NCBI RefSeq assembly: GCF_006345805.1 | Contig: NC_043007.1 | Location: 7,006,001-7,070,000, forward strand | Length of the DNA: 64,000 nucleotides | Direction: 5' to 3' | DNA from: Octopus sinensis | Lineage: Eukaryota | Shown here: piece by piece, positions 40,269 through 54,879 of the stretch | Layout of the letters: each line of letters opens with the position of its first letter | How positions within the stretch are numbered: position 1 is the stretch's first letter | Position numbers and translations under genes: made by a program | Notes under the pieces: model-generated | What the model was told of the DNA's origin: nothing | Database searches by the model: none | What the model saw: the letters and a program-made list of their open reading frames with translations, nothing else

Positions 40269-42172
40269 TGTGTGTGTGTGTGATGTCTATATGTATCTGA
40301 GCGAGTAAGAGTGGAGTAGTTAGGGTTCTGAGGACTGAGTTGCAGTTTTCTAGTTTTATCTGAGTTTCATCTTTATTATTTTGTTTTATTTGATTTCATT
40401 TTATTTTATTCCATTTAATTTTAGAGCGCGACTGAGGTGGGCACGCTTGGTTATATGCTTGCGTTTCATGTACTGCTGGTCTTCCTTTTAACAAATACAT
40501 TTTCATTCTTTAGGCTGTCTGTGAAAATAGTCCCTTTAAATCTTCTTTTGAAACAAATATACTATTTTACGTTATTTGTAGCTTGTTTGAACTTTGGTGT
40601 GTAAAGACTGCGAGCAATGCAAAATTGCAGAAATCATAATGGAAATAATATATAAGACTTACTATATTTCATTCGATTTCTGTGCGTATGCTGTGTGCAT
40701 TCATTTATGATGACCTCAAAGGTTTTTCTGATATTTACCATGCAAATTACAGCTGCACAGATTGAACCAATCAGCCAGTTTGAAGTGATTTACGACCAGA
40801 GAAATGAGGAGAATTTTGTAGCGTAAGGATATAGAGAAAATGTGGTGTCAAACGGACAGATAATTGCAAAGACAGTTGCGATCATATAGAGGTGGGTTTA
40901 GAAATGAATAAACATAGATAAAATGTATTTGCTCTGTCTGTATATTAGTAAGCAATACGTGTTTGTCAAGAATGGTTCGTGTAGAGATTGGGAAATGAGA
41001 ATGATTCGGTTTTTACAGGGGAAATCGTCTCAGTATGGGCAAGCAGGCAACTAAGCGGTGCATTTATTTAAAGACAGCGGGTATTCTGAAATCAAGGATA
41101 AATGCAATGTGGCAGAGCAGAATGGCTACAGACATTGTTGTTGTTGTTGTCCAGGTGAGAGAAATGTTTGACGTAGGGAGAGAGGCCCATGTGTTTGCAG
41201 GTGTCACATACATGTGCAGACACACGCACGCATGCACGCACACATTAAAAAACAGACACAAAGGCATTTTATGAGTGGATCTCAAAATCAAGTGCTATCA
41301 AATAGATTATCTTTTTGCCCGAATGTTTGTGTTCGCACGTAGGTCCATACATTCATATATTGCATTATAAACACACACACACACATATAAATCCGCAAAA
41401 ATAACAAACGCAAAACCAACAACGCGAGGGCGTGGTATATATATATATATATATATACATATATACATATATATGTTTATTACAAATACGACATATTTAT
41501 TTAGAAGAGAAACAAACACAACCATAGTTTTTATTAGTTATTCAACATCTAAATTGCGCCTATTACGGTGAAAGATGCTGTTTGTGAGATGTAGATTCAC
41601 TCTAATCACTTCTCTTAATTGATACGTGGAACACCGCACAAGATCAAAGAAGTATTTCGGATTTACTTAGCTAAAAATGCTGATTATACTGTATGATTTC
41701 CAAGTAAAACCCATTTGAAATATGTGTGAACGAGCGACAGGAAATTGGATGTGTGCTGCAGCTCGACCCTTGGATAACTTTGCTTCACTTTATGGCAGCT
41801 TTATTCATAGAAGCAGGAGTTACTAATTTGTTTTGAAAACATGCAACTTATAGAGTTTCATGACCACAGCGAACAAATTAATGCAGATGCGATGGAAAAA
41901 TCTCCAAGATTTTATGCTTGCCAATAGGGGAAATGTGAGAGGTTTTTGAGGTTTTTTTGCTTTTGTTGTTCTAGCCTATAATTTTCATATACACATTCAC
42001 ACGAATGAAATATTTATGAAGTCTGCTTCATTAAAGGGTCAGTCGTATTTTCTATCCTATTGATATTGAGTGAAGATGGGTGTAGGACAGATTGTAATAT
42101 ATATATATGTATGTGTGTGTGTACCTTTGTATGCATGCACGCACAGGCAACACTTACATATATATATCCTAA

Positions 42173-42207
<35 letters not shown>

Positions 42208-42231
42208 CACATATATATACATACACACCAC

Positions 42232-42269
<38 letters not shown>

Positions 42270-42366
42270 ATATATATATGTAGGTCCCGGGTTGATTCGG
42301 GGTTAACCACAGTAAATAAGGTACTCCAATACATAGTAGAGTAAAATTAATTTATTATATAGAAGG

Positions 42367-42417
42367 AGCTTCTACAGGACTAGAACTGTTTCATTCAAGA
42401 GAAATCTTCAGGAAGCT
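42367..42417 (-). ncRNA. Type-I hammerhead motif (copy 1)
   Basis: AGCTTC-CTGAAGA-TTTCTCTTGAAT-GAA-ACAG-TTCTAGTC-CTGT-A-GAAGCT. Confidence 0.75.
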
Positions 42418-42567
42418 AGTTAACAAGAATTGTATTGGCATTTATACATTTAGGCAGGTTTAAAGGGGTGTTGGTGGGGGACTTTTGGGGGTAGGCATAG
42501 CGCAAATATCATACTTGGGGGAGTGGTCAAGGAGTCAGTGTTAAATTAGATAGAATAAATAAAAAAA

Positions 42568-42598
<31 letters not shown>

Positions 42599-43061
42599 GT
42601 GTATATATATATGTATGTATATATATGTGAATATGTATATATATGTATATATATATATACATGTATGTATTTGTATGTAGGTGTATATGTATGTGTGTGT
42701 ATTTATATTTATTGGTGTATATGTATAGACTAGCCTTCTAAGAGTGTAGACATGAATCTGTAGGTACGCGTACGTATGTGTATATACGTGAATGTATGTA
42801 GATGTATGTATGTATGAATATAACATATAATGAGTGTACGAATGAGTGAGTGTACGTGCTAAAGAGTGTGCGTGAGTAAATGAGTGCTTGTTTTCCAGTA
42901 GACAGATAAATGGACTGGCTGTCATAGCCAAGATGTTTGTGACCAGCGATCAAAGATAACAAAAGTAATAAATGAAGATAATAAAATTAAAATTAGGGAA
43001 GGGTCTGTATTTGTATGTGTATATATATATGTTGTGTATGTGTAGGTATGCATAGGTACAC

Positions 43062-43104
<43 letters not shown>

Positions 43105-43711
43105 TATATGTATATGTATTTGTGTGTATATGTGTGTGTATGTGTATATATGTGTATATAGGGACTAGTGTGCTGTGTGTGCATATGTGTGTGTGGATAT
43201 TGTGGTGTATGCGTGTATGTGAGTATGTGTGTGTATGTGTATATATATTTTTCTGTGTGTATATGTATGTGTGGTCGTGTGTGTATATATACATGTGTGT
43301 ATACGTGTACGCATGTGAGTGTGTGTATGTATACATATATTGTATGTGTAGATATGTATATGTATGTGTAAGTGTATATATATGTATATATGTGTGTGTG
43401 TACGTATGTGTGTATGTATATGTATATATGTTTGTATGTGTGTGTATATATGTATACATATGTGCATAGGTATAAGTGAGAATCTCCTTATTTACCTAAA
43501 ACTCTATTCCCTTTTTTTATATATATTTTTATATATTTTTTTATATATTTTTTATTTTTTTTTTTATTATTCTTCTATCTAATTTAACACTGACTCCTTG
43601 ACCACTCCCCCAAGTATGATATTTTGCGCTATGCCTACCCCCAAAAAGTCCCCCACCAACACCCTTTAAACCTGCCTAAATGTATAAATGCCAATACAAT
43701 TCTTGTTAACT

Positions 43712-43762
43712 AGCTTCCTGAAGATTTCTCTTGAATGAAACAGTTCTAGTCCTGTAGAAGCT
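43712..43762 (+). ncRNA. Type-I hammerhead motif (copy 2)
   Basis: Identical to copy 1. It has a 6-bp helix I, an ACAG/CTGT helix III, a GUA cleavage triplet and a weak helix II. Confidence 0.75.
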
Positions 43763-43782
43763 CCTTCTATATAATAAATTAA

Positions 43783-43820
<38 letters not shown>

Positions 43821-43984
43821 CATATATCTGTATGTATATATATTTATATATATATACACGCACATATATGTACATATATATATATATACACACATACATA
43901 CACACACATACATACATACATACACACACACATACATACATACATACATACATACATACATACATACATACATACATACATACA

Positions 43985-44015
<31 letters not shown>

Positions 44016-44819
44016 GTAAGCTTTTAGTTCGCCACTCGATAAAGTCGGACTCGTTCAACCCCGCCTTGAAAATAGGCCAACCGTAATGGAGAATAACAAA
44101 TGGTTTTATTTGCAGAACACATCCATCTATTACGTTTATTTATGGACATGTAACTTAATGCACAAGGTTACATGTACTTATGTACTTATTTTATATCCTC
44201 TCGGTGCCCAGCGTAATAGGTAAATAATGTTCCCAGTAAAGAGGTCTTTGAGAAAAAATTAATGTCAGTATTTGCATGCAGATCAAATATCGCTAAGCCA
44301 ATAAGTGAGTCTATTAAGACTTTTCTTATTTCAGATACCAATATGTATCAATAACGTTTCTTGGGTTAGTATTTCTCACTTTCGTACAGTTTACCATTCT
44401 AATTTCAAAGGAATGCAATTAAAACGGTCCTGGCTGTCATCACAGTTGGATGAAAGACGCTAAATGAATAATTGTGGTTTTCCTCTACGATATAGAGAAG
44501 TCGAAGAAAAAAACTGCTTTAATAAGACCAGGTAGCATACATGTAGAAGCACACATACGCACTTACACATGCATAGGTAGATAGGTGGATACATAGATAG
44601 ATATATAGATGGATATAAGGATAGATGGACGGATAGACTGACAGACAGACGGACGGACGGATAGAAAGATAGATAGATATATAGATAGATAGATGATCGA
44701 GGGATCGAGGGATAGAGAGACATATAGATAGATAGATGGATGGATGGATGGATGGACAGACAGACTGATAGATACACAAACAGATTAATAAATAGATATG
44801 TGTGTATACATATATATTC

Positions 44820-45045
44820 TTTACTCCTTTTTACTCTTTTTCTTGTTTCAGTCATTTGACTGCGGCCATGCTGGAGCACCGCCTTTAATCGAGCAACTTG
44901 ACCTCGGGATTTAATCTTTTGTAAGCCCAGGGCTTATTCTATCGGTCTCTTTTGCCGAACCGCTAGGTAACGGGGACCATAAACACATCAGCATCGGCTG
45001 TCATGCAATGCTAGGGGGACAAACACAGACACACAAACACACACA

Positions 45046-45101
<56 letters not shown>

Positions 45102-45240
45102 TACGACGGGCTTCTTTCAGTTTCCGTCTACCAAATCCACTCACAAGGCTTTGGTCGGCCCGAGGCTATAGTAGAAGACACTTGCCCAAGGTGCCATGCA
45201 GTGGGACTGAACCCGGAACCATGTGGTTGGTAAACAAGCT
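44820..45240 (-). mobile_element. Octopus tRNA-derived SINE (long family), nearly complete
   Basis: GGTTCCGGGTTCAGTCCCACTGCATGGCACCTTGGGCAAGTGTCTTC head, an internal (TA/TG)n tract, and a GCTCCAGCATGGCCGCAGTCAAATGACTGAAACAAG tail. Confidence 0.95.
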
Positions 45241-45717
45241 GTGATACGAACGCAGTTCGGGTGTGTGCTTATATGTATTTTATCGTTATGTAGGGAAATG
45301 TTCATCACGAAATATTAGCAGGATTATTACTAAAAAGAGAGGTTAGTTAGAAACTGTTGATACTATCATGTTCGGGTCATCATTCTAATTTATATTTGCC
45401 TGCAGAGGTTTCTCTATAAAATAGGGATAGCGGACACTCAGAATAATCATTTCACAGGTAAAATATTTTGTCTACGTTTTACGAAGCTCATTTCGTGATA
45501 GGGTTTTCATTAGAAACGTGGTGTTGAAGCAATCACTAAGACAAAACTGGTAATCAGTTAATTTTCAATTTATTTTCTGTCCCATTTTCATGCCTTCATT
45601 TCTTACGGCACAGGCACACGACTATATATAATATGTGTGTGTGAAAGAGAGAGAGACAGACAGACAGACAGACACACAAACTGACTGGTAGCCAGGCACG
45701 CAGGCAGATAGATAGAT

Positions 45718-45848
<131 letters not shown>

Positions 45849-46689
45849 GCATACATACATAGATAGATAAGTTTATTTATTGGCCACACAGGGCTGCACA
45901 CAGATGGGACAAGTTACAAGGTAGAGCTTTTCTTTTGGGGGATGAAAAAAAACATAGATAGATAGATAGATAGATAGACATACAGATAGATAGATAGACA
46001 AATAGACAGACAGATAGATAGATTACAGTTTCCGCCTCTCTCTAGGTGCTTTAAAGAAATACGTACTAAGATGCGTTTATTTATGAACATGTCGGTATCT
46101 ACATAAGGTTAAATGTACTTATGCACTTCTTATATATCCACTCAGTGGCCTGCATAATAAGTATATAATATCCTTAGCAAAGTGTCCAGTGACTAAAATT
46201 AATATCAATATCTGCACGAAGTTCAAGTATCTCTAAGCCAATAAGTGAATGTGTCAAGTCCTCCCATAAGACGTCATATATATATATATATATATATGTA
46301 CATACACTTACAAACACACATATATATGCATGTATGTATATTTATTTATGTATAAAGAGTTTTCAGAGAATATTATTTTTACCTTGACGTAATACTGCTC
46401 AAATGATTCTTTCCGCCACTTGATTTAGTGAAGCATCATCAAAGTTGTTTGTGTCCAGAGACTTCAGTATATTTATTTTCTTGGCAATGTTGGAAGGTAG
46501 GTCTTACGATACTGGATAACTTTATAGGAGCCTCAAGAAAGTTGCATTTCAATCAATACTACATAAATATACATACATGCACACACACACACATATATAT
46601 ATATATAGGTAGGTAGGTGGGTAGGTAGGTAGGTAGGTAGGTAGGTAGGTGGGTAGGTAGGTATGTAGGTATGACATTAAACTGCGTCC

Positions 46690-47225
46690 TGTTGTGGGGT
46701 TACGGTTCATATCTTCCAGTTTGAGATGTGGGGAGCATCCCTTTGCCTCTATTGTTCCTAGGTTTTCTCTCACCCAAATTAGGATCCCTCTTTTGGGTTA
46801 ACTAGCATATGTAATGATAATCCATTTGAACCCAGGCACGCATGATTGCTCTTCATTGGTGTCAGGTTTTGTAATAAAAATACCGTGAGTGTTGGATCCC
46901 TATTTGTTGTCTCAGCCTCCTTCTAGGAGTCGGATTCTGTGAAGTAAGACTTGTGTTTTTATGTGATTACAGGTCATTTCACTTCGTCTTTCATGTACTA
47001 AAGTAAGAAACTCATTGAGTGGTGTTGCTGTTGTACAACCATTTATAATTATAAGCCAATGATGTACAGTTGCCTCTTTGAGATGACCTCTTTGTTGTCG
47101 ATGGAAGAGCCGTGGCGCATATGCATTTAACCAGTTGGATGCGCAGAGTAAGTTATAACTTTTGTCTATCATCTGAGATTCAAATCCAACATATTGTAAG
47201 AGCGATTGACTAGCCATCTTCCAAG
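46690..47225 (-). mobile_element. RLE-type LINE fragment (region between RT and the CCHC knuckle)
   Basis: Remnants PRLFHRQQRGHLK (resembling RLYxxRxxGGRGLK), HGIF..PD...S and a degenerate C..LED. The same region is seen at 26880-27200. Confidence 0.5.
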
Positions 47226-47282
47226 TCTTGGGTGAAAGTATAGGGCTTTAGAAAAACCCCTAAGCGGCACTTCTTCCGACTC

Positions 47283-47430
47283 TTTAGATTCTGGGTTCAA
47301 AATCCTGCCCACGTCAATCTCTCCACCCCCATCATTTCGTTATCGATAAAATAAATTACAACAAAGTACATATATCTATATCTATTAACGTGTGACCTTC
47401 CTCAAAATTGCTGGTCATGTGCAAAAATTT
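47283..47430 (+). mobile_element. SINE fragment
   Basis: TTCTGGGTTCAAAATCCTGCC...TCGATAAAATAAAT...GCTGGTCATGTGCAAAAATTTGAAA. Confidence 0.65.
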
Positions 47431-47437
47431 GAAAGAA

Positions 47438-47475
<38 letters not shown>

Positions 47476-48248
47476 CAATAGATAGATCGTATCTTCATGC
47501 GCGTGTGAAGAAAGCTCTCTACTTAACATCTTGCATAATTTGTATTGATTTATTTTTATTAATCCTTCTTTATTCAATATTAGATTGTGAATGCATGTAT
47601 GTATGCATGTATGTATGTATTCGGTGGGTGAGAGTGGGAACGATAGATAGACAGTCAAATAGAGAGGGGGTTGTTTACATATACAAACATACATTTTTTT
47701 GTAATTTTCCATATTATTCACCGAATAATTTCCGGAATGAGATTTTGATCATGCATGCCTCATACTCTTAAAATTTTAATATCGATTTCTTTTATTAATT
47801 CTACGAAGTTTGATATTTTTAATAGCAGAGCTGTAAAAACTGAAACACACCTTTTTTTCTTAAAATTTCCTTATTTTGCAGAGATTCTTCAAGTAAATTT
47901 CCCAATTCAAATATTTAAAGTAATACGTCTTCAACAATGAAGGCATTACTGTATTACACAGCTTTTACCAGCACTGTTTATTGGAGAATGTTTCCTTGCC
48001 AAACACCCGAGCCAAATAATGAAATTAATGTGTATTCAATAATGAAAGCATATGTATAGCAATCTTTCAATTCCTAAAATGAATGCATTCTGATTAGTGA
48101 ACTTTCGAACACGCTAATTACAAATTTACAAATATGCAAAAATAGTTTTCAAAAGAATTTTGTTCAATGATATCACTCACAAAATTAGAAATTAATAGTA
48201 TCATGTGAGTTTGAAATAATTAGTAATTCGAAACACACACACAAGCAA

Positions 48249-48282
<34 letters not shown>

Positions 48283-48414
48283 GTGTGTTGTGTGTGTGTG
48301 TGTGTGTTAGTGTGTGTGTGTGTGTGTGTATGTATGTACCTTTCGCTACAGTATGGGGCGGGATGATGTTGGTATGATGCGTGTGTTTATAGTAGTTCAT
48401 AAGTCCATATGTAT

Positions 48415-48459
<45 letters not shown>

Positions 48460-48466
48460 GATATAT

Positions 48467-48531
<65 letters not shown>

Positions 48532-48636
48532 AATCTAAAGAGATAGATGTAGATATATACGGACATAATCATTAAAATTTATTTAAATCTGAGATTATAC
48601 ATTCAAATTATTTACTAATTATTATAATGTGATTAT

Positions 48637-49150
48637 CTAATATTTAGTAGACATACCCTTTGCATTTTTCAATACAAGGGTCCTATAAGGCATGCTACTG
48701 ATCGGATGACGAATATTCTCTTGGGGAATTTCTTCCTCAATTTCATGAAGCATTCTCAAAAGATCTGGCTTTGAAGTGTCATGTCCATTATGCCCCAGAA
48801 GTGTTCAATAAGGCTCACATCTGCTCACTGGCTTGGCCATAGAAGTGTTTTAATGCCATTCTTTTCCAAGCAAAAGCGAAAAACGGCGGGCATCAGCATG
48901 GCCGCAACTCTGAGCTGAAACTTAAAATAAACTTAAAACAAAAAAAGAACATTCTTGGCTCTTTTTAATCGTGTGAAAAGGAGCCCCATCTCCCATAAAT
49001 GAAGGGTTTTCTTCAACCATTTCACCACTGGAAAAGATTGGAATGCGTCCTTCCTGCATTATGGACGCATATTTATCCGAGGTTATGTTTCCATCACACT
49101 CCACCAGCTTTGAATGACCATTGCTCCAAATAGCTCCCCAGACCATCAAT
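48637..49150 (-). mobile_element. Tc1-like transposase C-terminal half (pseudogene) interrupted by a SINE tail at ~48893-48945
   Basis: MVWGAI..GHSKLVECDGNITSDKY..I..., FMGDGAPFHT, LWPSQ*ADVSLIEHFWG, and the terminal KNAKGMSTKY*. Confidence 0.85.
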
Positions 49151-49426
49151 ATATATATACAGTTATACAGTTGAAACACTCCTGCCACAACCTGGGACCT
49201 TGAAGACTGCTATAATGCAAGAAGGTATACTAGTCCCTTAATATTTGATATTCAACATTTCATCTATTCAATAAGACAATCAATACTTCATTTCATTTTA
49301 CATCTATATATTATTTATACTATATATTCTAAATTCTACATTAATATTATAAAGAATATAATTAAAACATAAAAAACAGACAGAGTTGGAATTTCTTTGA
49401 ATTATATATATATATATATACGTATT

Positions 49427-49487
<61 letters not shown>

Positions 49488-49659
49488 ATGTATGCCTATG
49501 TCAGTGCGTGTGTATGGCTGTGGTGCGTATGTGCGTGTGAAAATCATACACCATAAAATCCCAATATACAACTGGAAATGTCTATTTCTTATGAATCTGT
49601 AGTTGTTTCCATTGAGTGGACGAATCTCGGTATTTTACTTGGATCGACAGCAAACTCTA

Positions 49660-49930
49660 TGATTGTTGCCGAACACCCGAGTGAGCGGCTGAGGATTAAA
49701 ATACATACCGAGCCCTTACGAGGGTGTTCGGCAACAGTTGACTATCACAAGATCTGTCGAAATCACAAGATTTGCAGAAAATATCGGATGTTACAAAATC
49801 AATGGTCGTCTCGTCTCCTCCACCGTTCTGCTTTAATCAGTCCCATCTAACTTTTAATTCATTTGTTCATAACGTGCAGCTTTTACTCCAGTTTGGATTA
49901 ATTCGTAACCGTTGCAGACTTCAATTTTGT
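49660..49930. mobile_element. Mariner-like end remnants
   Basis: TACGAGGGTGTTCGGCAACAG with an inverted copy, TTGTTGCCGAACACCC, ~37 bp upstream. Confidence 0.35.
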
Positions 49931-49936
49931 CGCATA

Positions 49937-50154
49937 CAGGGTTGGCCAAAAGTCACCAGACAGTAAATCGAAACCATTTAATTCCAAGATTTATTTTATG
50001 TTTATGAACTGAATGAATTCAATAAAAGCATCTAAAAATATGAAACATGATGAAAATTGTTCAAACTGATGTTTTCCCATTCGACTCAATACGGAATTAC
50101 AGAAAGTATTTATGGAACGTTGATTTACTGTCGAATGACTTTTGGCCAACCGTG
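49937..50154. mobile_element. Tc1/mariner-type MITE (218 bp)
   Basis: TA target duplication. The ~33 bp terminal inverted repeat is CA(G/C)GGTTGGCCAAAAGTCA..GACAGTAAATC. Confidence 0.9.
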
Positions 50155-51562
50155 TATAAAACGCAGTTTTACCTTCTCTTCCACAGTCGCCATTTCAATC
50201 AGTTATAAATAACTCCATGTATACACACACATATGCACACACACGCGCGCGCGCACGGACACACACACACACACACACATATAGTAATAATAAAAATAAT
50301 CCTTGGATGGAATTTATAGATGTTTTAATGCAATCAAATGTTTATCAATCCCATCCAAGGATTGTTTTTCTTACTATATTTATTCTACATTATATACAGT
50401 TCGATGCAAACCCCCAAAAATGGGTTCACTGGTCAGGATCATTAGACTGCGGCGACTATAATGGAGTAGGGGCCCTGTTTGCATGTTCAAAAATTTTCCA
50501 TAAACAAATTTAAAAGATAAATGCACACACGCACACACACACACACGGAAACAGAGGAAAAACGAATGCGGATGAACGTAACTTGAAGATATTGGAGCCT
50601 GATTCTCTCCGCTAGACTACAACATATCTATTATGTGTGTGTGTGTGTCTGTCTGTGTCTTGTGTAGTGCGGTTTTCCTAATTATATTGCTTAATAACCC
50701 CCTCCCCACATACTTATATACGTCTATTTGGAATGAACGTAGCGAGAACGAACCCATTTTTTCAGCACGAACCCACATATTGGACGATAAACATGCATAA
50801 GTCTTCGCCTGACTACATCGAAAACAATTAACGATAAAATCGTTCGTGTAATGAGAAGCTTCCCATTTTAGTATACAGGAGAATATTGTCTGAAGTTATT
50901 TCCTTATTCACAATAGCAGGACGACCTACCGAAGAGGGTTGCATTTGACTGGTATTTCTAGTAAGGGAAGTGACTATACAGTCTCTTGCATTTCGTCGGA
51001 TGTCTGGCATTGCGTAGCATCTAAAACCGCCTTCTTTCACAATTAACATTAAACCGAGTGTGGAAATAAAATTGAATTCAAATCAAATAACGTTTCTCTA
51101 TAGTGGTTTGCCTTGCAATCACTATTACTTGTGTTTTAAAATAAATTAGATTTGTTAAATGCAATTTCTCTGGAATCTCATTCACGAAGCGGTATAATGT
51201 TTAAAATTTTATTGAACGTATTTCAATCGAAATCTCCAGCAAGTAGTTAATGCTTGTTTCTTTTTATTTTGTTTTTAATTATTATTTTATTAATTTAGAA
51301 ACACCGATTTTAGAAACCATTTTAAAGTCTTTTAATTTCACTTGTTCATTCTATTTTATTTTGTTTTATTTATTCTGTTTTGCTTTTTTAGAATGTATAA
51401 TAATACTGGTACTTAATATTTTCTCCTCAATTTTTCGCTCGGCAAAATACTAATCCATTTCCATTGTACATACTTTCAACATTTACCGACAAAGACTTTG
51501 CAACATTTTCAAACTAATTTCTTTCTTTTAGAGAAAGTAATCAATTGTGAATTAACAAAAAG

Positions 51563-51594
<32 letters not shown>

Positions 51595-51608
51595 TAATAA
51601 TAATAAAA

Positions 51609-51645
<37 letters not shown>

Positions 51646-51838
51646 TAATAATAATAATAAAAGTAATAATAATAATAATAATGATAACAATAATAATAAT
51701 AATAATAATAATAAAAGTAATAATAATAACAATAATAATAATAATAATACCAACAACAACAACAATAATAATAATAATAACAACAATAATAACAACAACA
51801 ACAACAATAATAATAATGATAATAATAATAATAAAATA
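51563..51838. repeat. (AAT/AAC)n microsatellite
   Basis: Read directly from the sequence. Confidence 0.95.
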
Positions 51839-53319
51839 CTGATTTTGTCATAGCAAACTTTTTGGATTATAAAGAATTGCTTTGACTTCATTTCATAATA
51901 TTCCTGTTTGGGTAGGTCGCTATATGGAAAAATACAAAAATAGTTTTCAATATGAAAACATTTTATAATAAAACGATTAGAATCTCTGTTATTGCTCCAT
52001 AAATATCGAGACATACATACATACAGATATATATACTTAAGTGTGTGTCTGTGTGTGTGTGTCTATGTGTGTATGTGTGTGTGTGTGTGTGTATCCCATA
52101 CGAATCGTTATATTCTTTAACTCAGAAATACTGCTCATTCCCCTAATACTGGCGTTACTCATCTGAGTCGAAACGCTGTGTTAAGCCGTTCTAGGAATCC
52201 CTGCTCTGTATGAGGTACACAAGCACGTGAGTGCATTTCATTGCAACTTTGAAGGGGCAGCCAGACAAAGGAAATTGTAGTGGACACTGACCAATCACTA
52301 TGTCTGAAGATCGATATTTGCGAGAAAAAAATCATGGGTGAGCAAAAACAATTTTCCCCACAATATTTGCAATATAATGATCTCTGCTACAGACAAAACA
52401 AAGAGACTGCTCAAAGGAATGCAAGCAAAAGCAATACTCTTGGCTGTGTAACTGTGTCAACGCTTGAGATAATATGTTTTATGTCAGAAAACTGTCTTCA
52501 TGGTTGTATACTCCTCTTTCTGCCAACCTCTCCACCTATCGTACCGCGCTCTCTCGGTCTCTGTATATCCTTCTCTCTTCTCCCTCTCTCTCCATCAGAC
52601 TCTCCCTTTCTCACACACACCACATATTGTCTGCTTTCTTATTGCAAGTATAATGTGAAACTGCTCTATTAAAAAAAGCGAATCCGATTTATAATATTCT
52701 CAGATCGTAGGTGTATTGTACACATATTTACATCTTTTAATTTTCTTTAATTCCTTGGTTAGAAAATGTCTTATTGGTCGAGTTAAATTGAATTAAATAA
52801 ATAAACTCCACATTATTCTGCGATTAAATTCTTTGGGGGGAAATCATATTTTATTGAATTCACTTCTGAAACCAAGTTATTGATTGTCATGGAGGAGACA
52901 AAAATAAATTACGTCTCGTTTCCAGATCAGAAAACTTTAATATTAACTATTATAAATAACCCGCTGAGCAGTGTTATTCACAGCCACAAATGGTCAGTTT
53001 ATATATTACTTAATTATAGAGCTACTTTGTAGAGATTAAATACCATAAAGCACCAGATAAAAGCCTTTCACAATATATTCGCATGCAATTACACGCCAAA
53101 TATCTTATTTATCTTCAATACTTCCAACGCTTATAAAGTACCACTCATATACCGTGTTCCATTCATTTGTCTTTCTACAGCTTCCTTGCGAATTTATGGC
53201 TAGGAATCAGCCTCTCAAATCAATATTTTATCTGCTCTCACGTTAGAAAACAGACAAAATATATAGAGCGCCTGTTGAAATTCCATACAATAGTTAGTAT
53301 TATTTATTTCTGAAGTTCT

Positions 53320-53470
53320 TCCGTCTTTACGTACTGAGTTCAAATTACATGGAAGTCTTACTTGTCTTTCATCCATTGGAGGTTGATAAAATAAATGCTA
53401 GTTGCTTGTTGAGCAATGAGTTGATGTTATGGATTGTCATTGTCCCCTCACCCATAATTTCAGCCATAAT
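53320..53470 (+). mobile_element. SINE fragment
   Basis: CGTCTTTACGTACTGAGTTCAAATT...CTTTCATCC..GGTTGATAAAATAAAT. Confidence 0.65.
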
Positions 53471-54662
53471 TACGAAGCATATCATAATCTTGCATATATA
53501 TTAACAGAATTTTATCTCCCTTCTATTGACAGACTAAATAAACAGTTACTGGACTGTTACTAATTGAATAAAGTGTCCCTCTCTTTCAATGATACAGTAA
53601 GATTCAAAGGAATCTTACTGTATCTCATATTTTCATTTCGATTCGAACCATTTTACTCCACATATGCTCCTGCCATTGGTAACGCTATGAATATCATTTA
53701 TTCCATTACACATTTCTGAAAGTAGTGGTACTTTCTAGAGAGACAAAGAAAAGCTTAGAGCATATATACGGCTGTAAAATTAATCCTTACAGCGAAGTAA
53801 TTCTGCAGTACGTTCTCTCAGACCCATTCCGTTATTAATCTATTTCTTTGAAAACATATCTCTAATCCGAATAAAATCCACAAACGGCATTGTTTTAGGT
53901 GAGACACATCGCTCCCGTCTAGATTATTAAAAACACTTGAACACGAAAGCAGTTTGCACTAATGATACATTAGTCTAAAACATGCTTAGATAAGAGTCCT
54001 CTTGATCTAAAATAATGGTTGCATTACATTTAATTTAATGAAATGTTTGTCTCCAAATCCTGTTCGTCCGTAAATATAATACAGAAAGACCATTGTTGTT
54101 GGGTTCCAGGTCAACTCTAACAAGCAGAATGAGCATTGTAGTCGTGCTCTTGTTTCATTTGTGAAAAGAACACAACTACATAATGCCTTCTATTCTAAAA
54201 CTGATGATGTTATTTGAGAAAACATTTGCCCTTTACTGGCTCTGTCGTCAGGCCCTATATTGAATGCTTATTAACTGGGTGGAAATATAAGTCATGGTTG
54301 TTGTGCTAGAGATTCTGATGGTTTTGATAGTAACGTTCTGGTGACTGCATTTGTGATGAGTTTTATGTTTGTTGTTATGGCAGCGCTTTTGATGGCGGTG
54401 GTAGGTTTTGTCTCAAATCACTGTAAAATGATTTAGTGTAGCTTCGTATGAATAAAGTTGATTCACGTTTTAGTAACATATCTGAAGACTATGTTTTCGT
54501 ATATTTTATACAAAAGAGTCTCAACTCGGCTCATCACATCATTTACCCTGGGATTTATACTCAAAAACGGAAATAAAGTTGGTGTTGCTTTTTAGTGAAA
54601 CAATAGACTGAGACCTTTAAACTATAAGAACAGTCCTGATCATGTAGATCTACGATTAATAA

Positions 54663-54879
54663 GGATTTCAAAATTTTGCCACAAGGGCAGCTTGGGGGAG
54701 GTGGAGATGTTATGATTACATCGACCTCAGTGGTCAACTGGTATTTATTTTATCGACCCCGAAATGATGAAAGGCGAAGTCGACCTCGGCGGAATTTGAT
54801 CTCAGAACGTAGTGACAGGCGATATACCACTGAGCATTTCGTACAGCGCGTTAACGATTCTGCCAGCTCACCGCCTTGA
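54663..54879 (-). mobile_element. Octopus SINE (~215 bp family)
   Basis: Full-length reverse-complement match to the family. Confidence 0.9.

Larger units (their letters stand above)
42280..43783. mobile_element. Divergent inverted pair of PLE terminal repeats (arms 42346-42555 and 43573-43783) around ~1 kb of low-complexity DNA
   Basis: The ~210 bp arms are near-identical reverse complements, and each contains a hammerhead. Confidence 0.85.

Noticed and set aside
52280-52672. 130-aa ORF
   Set aside because: It runs into a CT-rich tract with no homology recognised. The region may be regulatory, but this is unsupported.
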